Sequence record: SRR20825006_173 | Length of the DNA: 51,246 nt | Strand: one strand, 5' to 3' | Part shown: piece by piece, positions 33,145-42,901 of the stretch | Layout: each line of letters starts with the position of its first letter | Numbering within the stretch: the stretch's first letter is position 1 | Translations under genes and position numbers: made by a program | Notes under the pieces: model-generated | Told to the model about the DNA's origin: nothing | Seen by the model: only the letters and a program-made list of their open reading frames with translations | Database searches by the model: none

Positions 33145-33627
33145 TCAACTTTTATCCCGGGAATTGAGGATGAATTCCTGAATGAATATCAACACCGCAC
33201 CAACAGTGATGTAGCTGTCTGCCAGGTTGAAAATCGGAAAAGTCCAGTCACCGATATGGAAGCGGACATAATCGACGACATGTCCATAAAAGAAATGATC
33301 CAGAATATTGCCGAGTGCACCGGCGACTACCAACGCAAACCCCAGTTGCGCAAGCACATCGCGCGACGCGGTTTTCCGCCAAAGATACAGCACAATCACC
33401 ACGATACAAAGCCTCAAACCAACCAGCAGCCAGCCATTGGTATCGGAGAACATAGAAAATGCTATGCCCGGATTGTAGGTTTTGAAGAGCGCCAGAAACG
33501 GCAGAACATCAATATTCTGGTAAAGCGCCATCGAGCGCTCGACGGCAAACTTGATCATCGCATCCAGAGCAACAGCGACAATAACAAAAAGAAGAGCCGG
33601 AACGGGGCGGGACAGTGGCGTATTCAT
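33145..33627 (-). CDS. lspA: Lipoprotein signal peptidase II
   Basis: NPGIAFS, GALGNILD, VVDY, FNLAD. Confidence 0.95.
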   Translation of the reverse strand: MNTPLSRPVPALLFVIVAVALDAMIKFAVERSMALYQNIDVLPFLALFKTYNPGIAFSMFSDTNGWLLVGLRLCIVVIVLYLWRKTASRDVLAQLGFALVVAGALGNILDHFFYGHVVDYVRFHIGDWTFPIFNLADSYITVGAVLIFIQEFILNSRDKS

Positions 33628-34493
33628 TATGCCCTTCCCGGTGGATCAAGGCTCAAAAGATGGCGGCGGGCCTCAAACAGCATAACCGCGGTGGCAACCG
33701 CCAGATTAAGCGAATCAGCCAGCCCCTGCTGTGGAATACGTGCAAGCCGCCCTGCTCCTTTAGCCAGCTCGGACGGCAGCCCCTGCTGCTCATTTCCCAT
33801 CAGCAGGACCGTCGGCTTCTTCGAATAATCAATCGTCCGGTAATCCACCGATCCGGCAAGGTGGGTTGCGACGACTTCGGCACCGCTTGTCCGCGCCCAG
33901 TCCAGAAACCCTTCCGGCGATGTTCGCGAAACCGGAAGCGCAAAAACCGAGCCCATGGTCGCACGAACGGTTTCGATGGAAAACGGATCGGTCGTTTCAC
34001 CCACCAGAATCACACCCGCAGCACCGGCAGCATCTGCCGTGCGGATGATCGTGCCCAGATTGCCCGGATCACGCACCCGATCGAGTGCGATATAGGTTTC
34101 GTCCTTTTGCGGAACGATATCCTTCAAAGGCCGGTAACGGCTTTCAAAAACGCCGATAACCATTTGCGGATTATCGCGTCTGGTGATGGCCGAAAGCACC
34201 TTCTCGGAAACCTCCAGCACCAGACCACCGGATGAAATCGTCTTTGCTGCGGCTTTTTCGACCGGTGGCTTGCCTCTCGCTGCCTTGGCATAGATCAGCG
34301 TGCGAATGGACCAGCCAAGCTCCAGAGCATCGATGATCAACTTTAATCCTTCAGCCAGAAACATACCGCTTTCCTCGCGGTGCTTCTTCTGCGCGAGCGC
34401 ACGTATATCCTTGACAATCGGATTTGAAAGGCTCGTCACCTCCTTTACCGACCCGATACGCGGCCTGCGTTTGAAATCCCAGTCGTCACTCAT
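33627..34493 (-). CDS. TrmH/SpoU-family RNA methyltransferase
   Basis: DPGNLGTIIRTADA, MGNEQQGL, IPQQG.ADSLNLAVA; ATGA overlap with the upstream gene. Confidence 0.92.
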   Translation of the reverse strand: MSDDWDFKRRPRIGSVKEVTSLSNPIVKDIRALAQKKHREESGMFLAEGLKLIIDALELGWSIRTLIYAKAARGKPPVEKAAAKTISSGGLVLEVSEKVLSAITRRDNPQMVIGVFESRYRPLKDIVPQKDETYIALDRVRDPGNLGTIIRTADAAGAAGVILVGETTDPFSIETVRATMGSVFALPVSRTSPEGFLDWARTSGAEVVATHLAGSVDYRTIDYSKKPTVLLMGNEQQGLPSELAKGAGRLARIPQQGLADSLNLAVATAVMLFEARRHLLSLDPPGRA

Positions 34494-35620
34494 GCAGGCA
34501 CCCATCGCGCATATAAGGAAGTGGAAAGCGCACGACCCGGCGTTTTACCGTCTTCGCCGCCTTCACGGATCACAAGCTCACCCGATTCGACTGTACCACC
34601 AAATCCACGCATCGTTTCCATCATCAACTCATGCACGGAATAGAAGCTGGCTCTGATGGAGTAAGCCGTCAAAACCAGGCCCAAAGCATCAGGCTTCAAA
34701 ATGGACCGGCAGAGATTCAGCATGCGTGGCAGATGCTCGAACAGATGCCAGACTTCGCCATTGGGGCCACGGCCGAATTTCGGCGGATCTGTGAGAATGA
34801 TGTCATAATGATTTCCACGGCGCTCTTCACGCTCGATAAACTTCATCGCATCTTCACAGATCCAGCGAATCGGCTTGTCGTTGAGACCGGAAAGCACCTG
34901 GTTTTCACGCGCCCAGCCGATTGCCTTCTTCGAGGCGTCGACATGCGTCACCGCCGCGCCGGCAGCCGCGGCAACCAGAGAGGCCACACCGGTATACCCA
35001 AACAGGTTCAATACCTTGAGTGGCTCTCCACGTTTGTGGCCGCCAGCGACCTCCAGAACATCACGCATCCACTGCCAGTGCGCAATCTGCTCGGGAAATA
35101 CACCGACATGCCGAAAAGAGGTGAAGCGCCCGAGAAAATCGACCCCCATGATCTGCAGCGGCCAGGTTTCACCAAGTGCTGCCTGCGGAAACAGCCAGCG
35201 CCCCATGCCATCCTCTTCGGTATCACCGGTAAAGATAGCATCGGCCTTGCCCCAGACCTTCTCGTCAAGAAGCGGCGGCCAGAGCGCCTGTGCCTCGGGC
35301 CTGACAATGCGGCACGAGCCATACTGTTCCAGCTTGCGGCCATGACCACTGTCGATCAGGTGAAAACCGTCGGCGGAAACTGATTCCAGAATGTGCGGTA
35401 TCCGTTCCGCCGGGCGCTCACCTTCTTTCATGGCGATCCATTGTGGCTCAGCCTGACGTGCGCGCTTTTCTGTGTTTGCAGCCGTGTCCTGCCGTGTACC
35501 ACGTTGCGGTGATACCCGTTTACCGGCCCCGCCTGTGGCGTTCGCGCCACGTGCTTTTCGATCCGGTTGGCCAATGGCGCCCGGCTTGCCCCGTTTTTTT
35601 GGTTGTCTCGAAGACGTCAT
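34490..35620 (-). CDS. Class I SAM-dependent (RlmI/RlmK-like) methyltransferase
   Basis: HVGVFPEQ, VLNLFGYTG, VDASKKA, DPPKFGRG. Confidence 0.88.
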   Translation of the reverse strand: MTSSRQPKKRGKPGAIGQPDRKARGANATGGAGKRVSPQRGTRQDTAANTEKRARQAEPQWIAMKEGERPAERIPHILESVSADGFHLIDSGHGRKLEQYGSCRIVRPEAQALWPPLLDEKVWGKADAIFTGDTEEDGMGRWLFPQAALGETWPLQIMGVDFLGRFTSFRHVGVFPEQIAHWQWMRDVLEVAGGHKRGEPLKVLNLFGYTGVASLVAAAAGAAVTHVDASKKAIGWARENQVLSGLNDKPIRWICEDAMKFIEREERRGNHYDIILTDPPKFGRGPNGEVWHLFEHLPRMLNLCRSILKPDALGLVLTAYSIRASFYSVHELMMETMRGFGGTVESGELVIREGGEDGKTPGRALSTSLYARWVPA

Positions 35621-35753
35621 TTAAGCGGTTTCCCGTTTCTTCGGAGGAAGCGCCTTAACACCCAGCCAGGCAATTCGGAAGTCTTGTGATGACGAAACTG
35701 CTTCCGCCCTTTCCGGCGTGCCGGATTTTGAATCTGCCGCCCCTGATCCGAAT

Positions 35754-36101
35754 TCAGGCAGGTGGTAACTGATCCAGCGGTTGCGAACCGGCAATTTGCT
35801 CTGCACGTGTCTTGTGCCTGTCTGCTTCCTGGCGCCAGACATCTGCCTCGCGCTTATGACTGCGCGCTGACTTGCGGTGCTTACGCTGGGAAAACCATGT
35901 GAAGAATGATCCAAAAAGCAGGCCCAGAATAAAAGCCACAAAAATATAAACAAAAAACGGCGCCGAGACCGCCAACACGCGATCAGTGGCATCGAAAGGG
36001 TTGAGTGCCATTGTTACCGAGTCCCGGTTAGCGACCGAAAGCAGGACCAGCACAATGCCCACTGGCACAAGGATGATGAGATTAATCAGCTTCTTCAACA
36101 T
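35754..36101 (-). CDS. LapA/DUF1049-family membrane protein
   Basis: Two TMs flanking VANR..V...LNPF and a basic coiled C-terminus; follows ihfB. Confidence 0.8.
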   Translation of the reverse strand: MLKKLINLIILVPVGIVLVLLSVANRDSVTMALNPFDATDRVLAVSAPFFVYIFVAFILGLLFGSFFTWFSQRKHRKSARSHKREADVWRQEADRHKTRAEQIAGSQPLDQLPPA

Positions 36102-36157
36102 AACCTGCCTCGGTCAGTGACCATTGAACTCGGCCGCAGCCGACAATACCCGATCCG

Positions 36158-36451
36158 TTAGTCGTCTTTTTGGTCAGGGTTAAGGCGCTCGCGCAGCTCT
36201 TTCCCGGTCTTGAAAAACGGAACCCACTTCTCCTCTACGAAAACCGTATCGCCGGTGCGTGGGTTACGTCCCGACCGCGATGGCCGGTTCTTTACGGAAA
36301 ATGCCCCGAAACCGCGCAACTCAACACGGTTCCCGGCAGCCAGCGCATCGGCAATTTCATCAAGGATTGCGTTCACAATGTTCTCGACGTCCCGATGATA
36401 AAGATGCGGGTTGCGGGCGGCTATAATCTGCACCAATTCGGACTTGATCAC
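36158..36451 (-). CDS. ihfB: Integration host factor beta subunit
   Basis: [35 protein letters not shown]. Confidence 0.96.
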   Translation of the reverse strand: MIKSELVQIIAARNPHLYHRDVENIVNAILDEIADALAAGNRVELRGFGAFSVKNRPSRSGRNPRTGDTVFVEEKWVPFFKTGKELRERLNPDQKDD

Positions 36452-36479
36452 GCTATTCCCCTCAAACGATTGATTTCAA

Positions 36480-37427
36480 TCACCATTTATCTTGCCGAAC
36501 AGAAATGAGCCCGTCAACAACGCCGAGTTCACCAAGTGCATTTTCGGTAAGAAAGCTCCCGAACCCGACCGATTTCGCAAGTTTCGCAGCTATATCGGTA
36601 AAGTCCAGCCCAAAGCTGTTTCTGTTTATGCCATCCCATGAGCGGATTTCAAGGGTTTCGGAAACACCGTTTTCCGCCAGATAGGCACGGATCGTATCAC
36701 GATCACCGATTTCATCGACCAACCCAACCTCAACGGCCTGCCGCCCGGTCAGAATACGGCCGTCGGCCAGTTCAAGTACCCGATCACGCGGCAAATCCCG
36801 TCGTTCGGCAACAAGATCAACAAACCAGTCATAGCTATCCATCACCATGGAGCGCACCATGGCCTGCGCGTCTTCGCTGGCATTATCGAAAGGCGAGGGC
36901 TCCGCCTTCAGTGGCGCGGACTTGATCGCGTCCATCGAAACCCCGATCTTGTCCAGTAATTCCTTGACCTGAGGATACATGAAGATCACGCCAATCGAAC
37001 CCGTAATCGAGGTATCTCCGGCAAAAATCCGGTCTCCGGCAAGGGCGATCATATAGCCTGCCGATGCAGCCTGGGTGCGGATTTCACTGACAACCGGTTT
37101 TCTCTCAGAAACGGCCCGCAAGGCTTTGTAAAATCGCTCGCCGCCATAGGTCGTTCCGCCGCCGGTCGAAAGCGAAACAATCAGCGCCTCAACATTCGGG
37201 TCATCCCCTATCTCGCGGATCGTTTCCAGCAATTGAAGATCGTCCGTCACCAGACCGGAAACAGATATCTGAGCGATATGTGGCCGCGAAAGCGGCATCT
37301 GCGAAGATCCGGCGACAAGACGGTAAACAGCAACTGAAAGCAGGACAGCAACAATAACAGCAACACCACGCCACCATGTCAGGCGCCGCCTCAAACGTCT
37401 GCGTTCCAGGATTTCGGATGTCTGCAT
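36480..37427 (-). CDS. sppA: Signal peptide peptidase SppA (S49)
   Basis: RRRLRR.LTWWR, AASAGY, TGSIGV, DGR..TGRQA; ATG 37427. Confidence 0.92.
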   Translation of the reverse strand: MQTSEILERRRLRRRLTWWRGVAVIVAVLLSVAVYRLVAGSSQMPLSRPHIAQISVSGLVTDDLQLLETIREIGDDPNVEALIVSLSTGGGTTYGGERFYKALRAVSERKPVVSEIRTQAASAGYMIALAGDRIFAGDTSITGSIGVIFMYPQVKELLDKIGVSMDAIKSAPLKAEPSPFDNASEDAQAMVRSMVMDSYDWFVDLVAERRDLPRDRVLELADGRILTGRQAVEVGLVDEIGDRDTIRAYLAENGVSETLEIRSWDGINRNSFGLDFTDIAAKLAKSVGFGSFLTENALGELGVVDGLISVRQDKW

Positions 37428-37620
37428 GAACGCTCCTGCTGTTGGCGCTTGTTCTGATTGGGTTCTCACCGTTGAAACTGGGCATCGCCACAGCCATCTG
37501 TCAATTCACCAACGACGTTTTTATCACTACATCCTTGTTGTGACAGGGGAAACATATTACTTGATTTTCAGAACATGCAGCAATTGGTGACCTACACCAA
37601 GCCCGGAAATTTGACGAATT

Positions 37621-38301
37621 ATGAACGCTTCGCAGACAAACACTGACGAAAGTTTCAGGCAGCGTATGCTCCTTGAACAGAAGCTGCGCTTCAAGAAGGC
37701 CACGAAGCATTCCCGTCATGTCAAAAGGCTGAAAGTCCTGCTACCGGTCGCAGCACTTTTGATTTCACTCGGCCTCATCGCTGCAACAATCATCCGCACA
37801 GCCATACCCGACAATATCACTCTGGAAGCAACAACGGTCGAAAACGGCATGATCGTCATGACAAATCCTGGCATGACCGGACGCAACAGCGATGGCACGC
37901 CTTACTCTCTCAAGGCTGTGCGCGCCCTGTTGCCGGCCGATGACCCGAGCAGCAGCAAGATCACCCTCGAAGACATGGTTGCTAAAGTTCCACTGGAGGA
38001 TGATGTGACCGCAGTCATCCGGGCAACGAACGCATTTTACAACCGCACAAATGACCAGCTCGCAATTGATGACCCCTTCACGCTGGAAATGTCCAACGGG
38101 CTGACCGCCCACTTCGATTCCGCCTTCATTGATGTCAAAAACGGCACACTGAAGAGCAGAGGCCCATTTTCTGCCGACTCTGATCAAGCATCAGTGGTTG
38201 CTCAAGAAGTCGATATAACCGATAACGGACAAACCATTACATTTGGAGGCGGCGTTCACGTTATTCTTGCGCCTTCCATGCTGAGCCCGAGCGGAGAATG
38301 A
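37621..38301 (+). CDS. lptC: LPS export protein LptC
   Basis: HSRHVKRLKVLLP, single TM, MTNP..G; upstream of lptA/lptB. Confidence 0.82.
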   Translation: MNASQTNTDESFRQRMLLEQKLRFKKATKHSRHVKRLKVLLPVAALLISLGLIAATIIRTAIPDNITLEATTVENGMIVMTNPGMTGRNSDGTPYSLKAVRALLPADDPSSSKITLEDMVAKVPLEDDVTAVIRATNAFYNRTNDQLAIDDPFTLEMSNGLTAHFDSAFIDVKNGTLKSRGPFSADSDQASVVAQEVDITDNGQTITFGGGVHVILAPSMLSPSGE

Positions 38302-38873
38302 GGACCAATATGTTTTTCGATACATGCTCTGAAAAATCCTCGAGCAAAGCACGCATCACTGCGGCAGCACTGTGTTGTGCTGCCCTCACCTTCGCTGGCA
38401 GCGGCATTGCGCAGACCACAACAATGAGTGGCTTTCAACTTTCAGGCGACCAGCCCCTCAATATTGATGCAAAGAGTATGCAGGTAGATGAGGCAAAAAA
38501 GACAATAACCTTAACGGGTGATGTGGTGGTCGTGCAGGGCGAAAATACCGTCAAGTCCAGCAAGATGATCGTTCGTTATAAGGGAAATTCAACCGGCCTG
38601 ACATCCGGACAGGGCAATATTGATCGCATCGACCTTTTCGACAACGTGCAGATTCAATCGGAAACGCAGTCTGCAACGGCAGAAAAAGGCTATATGGACA
38701 TGTCGACCCAGAATTTTGTACTGACCGGCGACCGGGTCGTGCTCAAAGAAGGCTCCAATGTTTTCACCGGCTGCAAGCTGACTGTCAACATGGCAACAAG
38801 CGAAGCCAACCTTGATGCTTGCGGCGGCCGCGTTCAGATACAGCTCAACCCGAAATCCAGTTCGGGTAACTGA
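38298..38873 (+). CDS. lptA: LPS export periplasmic protein LptA (OstA family)
   Basis: Signal peptide, QPLNIDA, GDVVVVQG, GRVQI. Confidence 0.85.
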   Translation: MRTNMFFDTCSEKSSSKARITAAALCCAALTFAGSGIAQTTTMSGFQLSGDQPLNIDAKSMQVDEAKKTITLTGDVVVVQGENTVKSSKMIVRYKGNSTGLTSGQGNIDRIDLFDNVQIQSETQSATAEKGYMDMSTQNFVLTGDRVVLKEGSNVFTGCKLTVNMATSEANLDACGGRVQIQLNPKSSSGN

Positions 38874-38897
38874 TCCTCAAACATCGGAGATGAGAAT

Positions 38898-39713
38898 TTG
38901 AAAAGCCCGCAATCCGGTCAGCGTGTGCGCAGCACAAAACGTCGGTCAGACGGAGGTGGCGCGGGCACAACAAACGACACCGACCGTTATGTCGGCACAC
39001 TGATTGCTCATGGGTTGACCAAATCCTACCGTCAGCGTCGTGTTGTCAATGGCGTTTCCCTCGTCGTGCGTCGTGGTGAGGCTGTCGGACTGCTTGGGCC
39101 AAACGGAGCAGGCAAGACGACCTGCTTTTACATGATAACCGGCCTCGTTCCGATTGATGAGGGCAATATCGTCCTGGACGGCAATGATGTTTCCGATCTG
39201 CCGATGTATCGCCGTGCGCGGCTCGGAGTCGGCTACCTTCCACAGGAAGCCTCGATCTTCCGTGGCCTCACAGTCGAAGGCAACATCCGTGCCGTGCTGG
39301 AACTGACAGATCTAAAGAAAGCCGAGCGCGAAGAAAAACTTGAGCGACTCATGGAAGAGTTCGGCATTACCAGATTGCGCAAATCTCCAGCTGTCGCCCT
39401 TTCCGGTGGCGAACGCCGGAGGCTGGAAATTGCACGCGCCCTGGCTACAGATCCCGCCTTCATGCTGCTGGATGAACCTTTCGCTGGTGTTGATCCGATC
39501 TCCGTGACAGATATTCAGAACCTGATACGTCACCTCACCCGCCGCGGCATCGGCGTTTTGATCACTGATCACAACGTGCGCGAAACACTGGGGTTGATCG
39601 ACCGCGCATATATCATCCACGCGGGCGAGGTTCTCACACATGGCAAAGCAGACGAAGTCGTTGCAAACAGCGATGTGCGACGTTTGTATCTCGGAGACAA
39701 TTTCAGCCTCTAA
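38898..39713 (+). CDS. lptB: LPS export ABC transporter ATPase
   Basis: GPNGAGKTT, YLPQEASIF, LSGGERRR, LDEPFAGVDP, TDHNVRETL. Confidence 0.96.
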   Translation: MKSPQSGQRVRSTKRRSDGGGAGTTNDTDRYVGTLIAHGLTKSYRQRRVVNGVSLVVRRGEAVGLLGPNGAGKTTCFYMITGLVPIDEGNIVLDGNDVSDLPMYRRARLGVGYLPQEASIFRGLTVEGNIRAVLELTDLKKAEREEKLERLMEEFGITRLRKSPAVALSGGERRRLEIARALATDPAFMLLDEPFAGVDPISVTDIQNLIRHLTRRGIGVLITDHNVRETLGLIDRAYIIHAGEVLTHGKADEVVANSDVRRLYLGDNFSL

Positions 39714-39791
39714 CCTATTGAATATACGCAGCATTCAGGGTCTGCTTTCTGCCCCGCATCTATCTTTATTTTGCCTTCGTCAAATTCCGGC

Positions 39792-39821
39792 TTGATCGGA
39801 AAGCAATTCCCGTGCCATCTT
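39792..39821 (+). promoter_or_regulatory. Putative sigma70 promoter of rpoN
   Basis: TTGATC-N17-CCATCT about 90 nt upstream of the ATG. Confidence 0.5.
39802..39817 (-). promoter_or_regulatory. Reverse-oriented sigma54 (-24/-12) site upstream of rpoN
   Basis: Minus strand reads TGGCAC-GGGAA-TTGCT, an exact consensus match. Confidence 0.85.
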
Positions 39822-39908
39822 CTGCTACCGAAAATGACAATCTTATGAATGCGCATCTGAGGCCGGCCGTTTCGGTCGGCACAGCGGTAATGGAGTTTTG
39901 CGTCCGCC

Positions 39909-41429
39909 ATGGCACTTAACGCCAGTCTTTTCCTGCGTCAGAATCAATCTCTCGCAATGACACCGCAGCTGATGCAATCCATTCAACTGCTGCAAATGCC
40001 GTATTTCGAGCTTATGCAGTTCATTGCAGGTGAAGTTGAAAAGAATCCTTTGCTGGACATCGACAACGGTGACGAGCGCGCCCGTGATGACCAAACGGCC
40101 ACCAGCACTGAAACAGCAAAAGAGCCGGACGCCGACTGGTACAGCGATGATGCCGTGCAACCGGGGCTCGGTGAGCATCTGGACAGCAATTATGACGATG
40201 CATTCAACGAGAATGCGGCAAACGAACGTCCGGATGCACCCGAAATGCCTGGCCAGTCGAGGGCCATGCCTGGTGACTCACGCGGCGAGGAGTATGTCGA
40301 TCTGAACGAATTTGTCGCGGGCCGCATCTGCCTTCGCGATCATTTAAGCGAGCAAATTTCGCTTTTGTTCAGGAAACACACCGACCGGGTCATCGCCGGA
40401 TATATGGTCGAATACCTGGATGAAGCGGGCTATTTTCGAGGCGAATGCAGCGAGATTGCAGAGCGGATTGGCGTGTCGACAGGGCGGATCTCTGATCTTC
40501 TTGACCAGTTGCAAACCCTTGATCCACCCGGCGTTTTCGCCTGCACACTGGACCAGTGCCTGCGCGAGCAATTGCGGCAGAAAAACCGGCTTGATCCAGC
40601 CATGGCCGCACTGATCGATAATCTCGATCTTGCCGCCCGGCGCGATTTTGCAAAGCTGAAAAGGCTCTGCAATGTCAATGAGAATGACCTGATCGGGATG
40701 CTCCGCGAGTTGCGAACTCTCGATCCGAAACCAGGAAGCGCCTTTAACTATCAGCCGCCGGAGGCTGTTTTGCCCGATGTCATTGTGACCAATGACAAGG
40801 ATGGCACCTGGAAAATTGAACTCAACACCGAAATCTTGCCCCGCGTTCTGGTCAACCGCCTCTACCTTTCGCAAGTAAAAGCGAGCAAAGGCATCTCCGA
40901 TGCCGACCAGACGTTCATGAACACCTGCCTGCAGAATGCAAACTGGCTGACCAGAAGTCTTGACCAGCGGGCTCGTACCATTCTGAAAGTGGCGAGCGAA
41001 ATCGTCCGTCAGCAGGAAGCCTTTCTGAAGGACGGCGTTGATCATCTGCGCCCGCTGACACTTAAAACCGTTGCAGACGCCATCAAGATGCACGAATCGA
41101 CCGTGAGTCGCGTAACCTCGAACAAATTCATGCTCACACCGCGCGGCCTGTATGAACTGAAATATTTTTTTTCCGTATCGATCGCCACATCAACTGCCGA
41201 TGGCGATGCGCATTCGGCTGAAACGGTTCGACATCGTATTCGCCAGTTGATCAACGCCGAAACGCCGGCATCGATCCTCTCCGATGACGATATTGTTATT
41301 GCTCTCAAACAGGAAGGAATCGCTCTGGCGCGCCGCACAGTCGCGAAATACCGTGACGCGATGGGTATCCTCTCATCTGTCCAGCGCCGGCGAGAAAAGC
41401 GCGCTATGGCCCGTGCAGCCGGGGAATAG
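39909..41429 (+). CDS. rpoN: RNA polymerase sigma-54 factor
   Basis: MTPQLMQSIQLLQ, HESTVSR, RpoN box ARRTVAKYR. Confidence 0.98.
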   Translation: MALNASLFLRQNQSLAMTPQLMQSIQLLQMPYFELMQFIAGEVEKNPLLDIDNGDERARDDQTATSTETAKEPDADWYSDDAVQPGLGEHLDSNYDDAFNENAANERPDAPEMPGQSRAMPGDSRGEEYVDLNEFVAGRICLRDHLSEQISLLFRKHTDRVIAGYMVEYLDEAGYFRGECSEIAERIGVSTGRISDLLDQLQTLDPPGVFACTLDQCLREQLRQKNRLDPAMAALIDNLDLAARRDFAKLKRLCNVNENDLIGMLRELRTLDPKPGSAFNYQPPEAVLPDVIVTNDKDGTWKIELNTEILPRVLVNRLYLSQVKASKGISDADQTFMNTCLQNANWLTRSLDQRARTILKVASEIVRQQEAFLKDGVDHLRPLTLKTVADAIKMHESTVSRVTSNKFMLTPRGLYELKYFFSVSIATSTADGDAHSAETVRHRIRQLINAETPASILSDDDIVIALKQEGIALARRTVAKYRDAMGILSSVQRRREKRAMARAAGE

Positions 41430-41477
41430 AGCGGCCACGCCCCTTATTTCGCACCGTTCACTTCACAAACACCTTCA

Positions 41478-41506
41478 TTGACTTGGCCTAGGATGAAGAG
41501 TAGAAG
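41478..41506 (+). promoter_or_regulatory. Putative distal sigma70 promoter for hpf-ptsN
   Basis: TTGACT-N17-TAGAAG. Confidence 0.55.
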
Positions 41507-41751
41507 CCCGCCGCGACGGCAGATGGGTTAACCCTGAAAACGGCCCTTCGAGACGGGCATGATGCGAACGTGCAAAACTTTTAAGGCAGTCGCGACTGTA
41601 CTCCGGCAAAAGAATATCCAAATGAATAAGGTGACGGATGATCCGTCTGCAAGTAGCATCGGCCTGACGGCAAACCACTGCTGAATACCTTGGAGGAGGC
41701 TATGGCTTGGCGTAAACTGATGTTCGCAAACACCAGAAGAAGGGAAAAACC

Positions 41752-42324
41752 ATGAGTGTTCGCGTTTCTGGCAAACAGATGGAAATCGGCGAAGCATTTC
41801 GCACGAAGATCGAGGATCATATTGAGGAGGCGGTTACCAAATATTTCGATGGCGGCTATTCCAGTCAGGTGACTGTTGAAAAAACCGGTAGTGGCTTTTC
41901 CGCCGACTGCAAGGTCCACCTCGACAGTGGTGCGGTTTTGCATGCCACTGGACAGGCACAGGATCCTCAGGCTGCATTTCTCGCCACCTTCGAGCGCATC
42001 GCCAAGCGCCTTCGCCGGTACAAGCGCAAGCTCAAGGATCACCATCACAATGGCCCGGACGGTTTTGCCGAGGTTGCGTATACGGTGATGGACCCACCAC
42101 CGGAAGCCGATGAGGAAGTGGCGGAAGATTATGCCCCCGCCATTGTCGCCGAAAGCAAGACCGAAGTCAGAACAATGGCTGTGGCGACCGCTGTCATGGC
42201 GCTTGATATGACAGACAAGCCGCTCATGTTGTTCCGCAATCCTGACAATAAGACGCTGAACATCGTGTACCGTCGCCCCGATGGCAATGTCGGCTGGATC
42301 GACACAGCGAACATTACCGGTTAA
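41752..42324 (+). CDS. hpf: Ribosome hibernation promoting factor (long HPF / RaiA family)
   Basis: KRLRRYKRKLKDHH, C-terminal NIVYRRPDGNVGWID; lies between rpoN and ptsN. Confidence 0.93.
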   Translation: MSVRVSGKQMEIGEAFRTKIEDHIEEAVTKYFDGGYSSQVTVEKTGSGFSADCKVHLDSGAVLHATGQAQDPQAAFLATFERIAKRLRRYKRKLKDHHHNGPDGFAEVAYTVMDPPPEADEEVAEDYAPAIVAESKTEVRTMAVATAVMALDMTDKPLMLFRNPDNKTLNIVYRRPDGNVGWIDTANITG

Positions 42325-42335
42325 CTGACAAAACC

Positions 42336-42360
42336 GGCGGGCGACACGGTGTCGCCCGCC
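42336..42360. repeat. Perfect GC-rich inverted repeat between hpf and ptsN
   Basis: GGCGGGCGACAC-G-GTGTCGCCCGCC. Confidence 0.8.
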
Positions 42361-42393
42361 TATCTGACGAACCAAACCAGGACACCTCCCCAA

Positions 42394-42858
42394 ATGGCCC
42401 TTGAAGACCTGCTCAAACAGGAGGCGATCATGCCCGCCCTCAAGGTAAACTCCAAGAAGCAATTGCTACAGGAGCTGTCCGCCCGTGCGGAGGTTGTCAC
42501 TGGCCTTCCTGAGCGCGAGATTTTTGAAGTTATCCTTCAGCGTGAACGGCTTGGCTCAACCGGTGTCGGGAACGGCATTGCGATCCCGCACGGAAAACTT
42601 TCAGAGCTGGATCAGATCCACGGTGTATTTGCGCGACTTCAGCAGCCAGTCAATTTCGAATCACTGGATGATCAACCCGTTGATCTCGCTTTCCTGCTGC
42701 TCGCCCCCGAGGGCGCTGGCGCCGACCACCTCAAGGCATTATCCAAAGTCGCCCGTCTTCTGCGAGATACAGAATTAACGGCCAAACTCCGGTCGTCAGA
42801 AACTGCAAGCGCAATCTTTACCGTTTTGACCGGGGACACGAATTCAAGCGCAGCCTGA
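42394..42858 (+). CDS. ptsN: PTS IIA-like nitrogen regulatory protein
   Basis: RERLGSTGVGNGIAIPHG, AGADHLKAL; ATG 42394. Confidence 0.95.
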   Translation: MALEDLLKQEAIMPALKVNSKKQLLQELSARAEVVTGLPEREIFEVILQRERLGSTGVGNGIAIPHGKLSELDQIHGVFARLQQPVNFESLDDQPVDLAFLLLAPEGAGADHLKALSKVARLLRDTELTAKLRSSETASAIFTVLTGDTNSSAA

Positions 42859-42901
42859 AGCAGAGGCCAGCGCACTTCCCCCCCCCGCAGTTTCGGATAT
42901 A

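Noticed and set aside
35621..35753. Possible tRNA or SRP RNA in the lapA-methyltransferase gap
   Set aside because: No cloverleaf, T-loop or SRP motif; only imperfect hairpins
41559..41684. 41-codon ORF (MMRTCKTFK...) in the hpf leader
   Set aside because: No convincing SD and no recognisable sequence features
42878..42886. C9 homopolymer as a phase-variation tract
   Set aside because: Lies downstream of two convergent genes, outside any CDS or promoter
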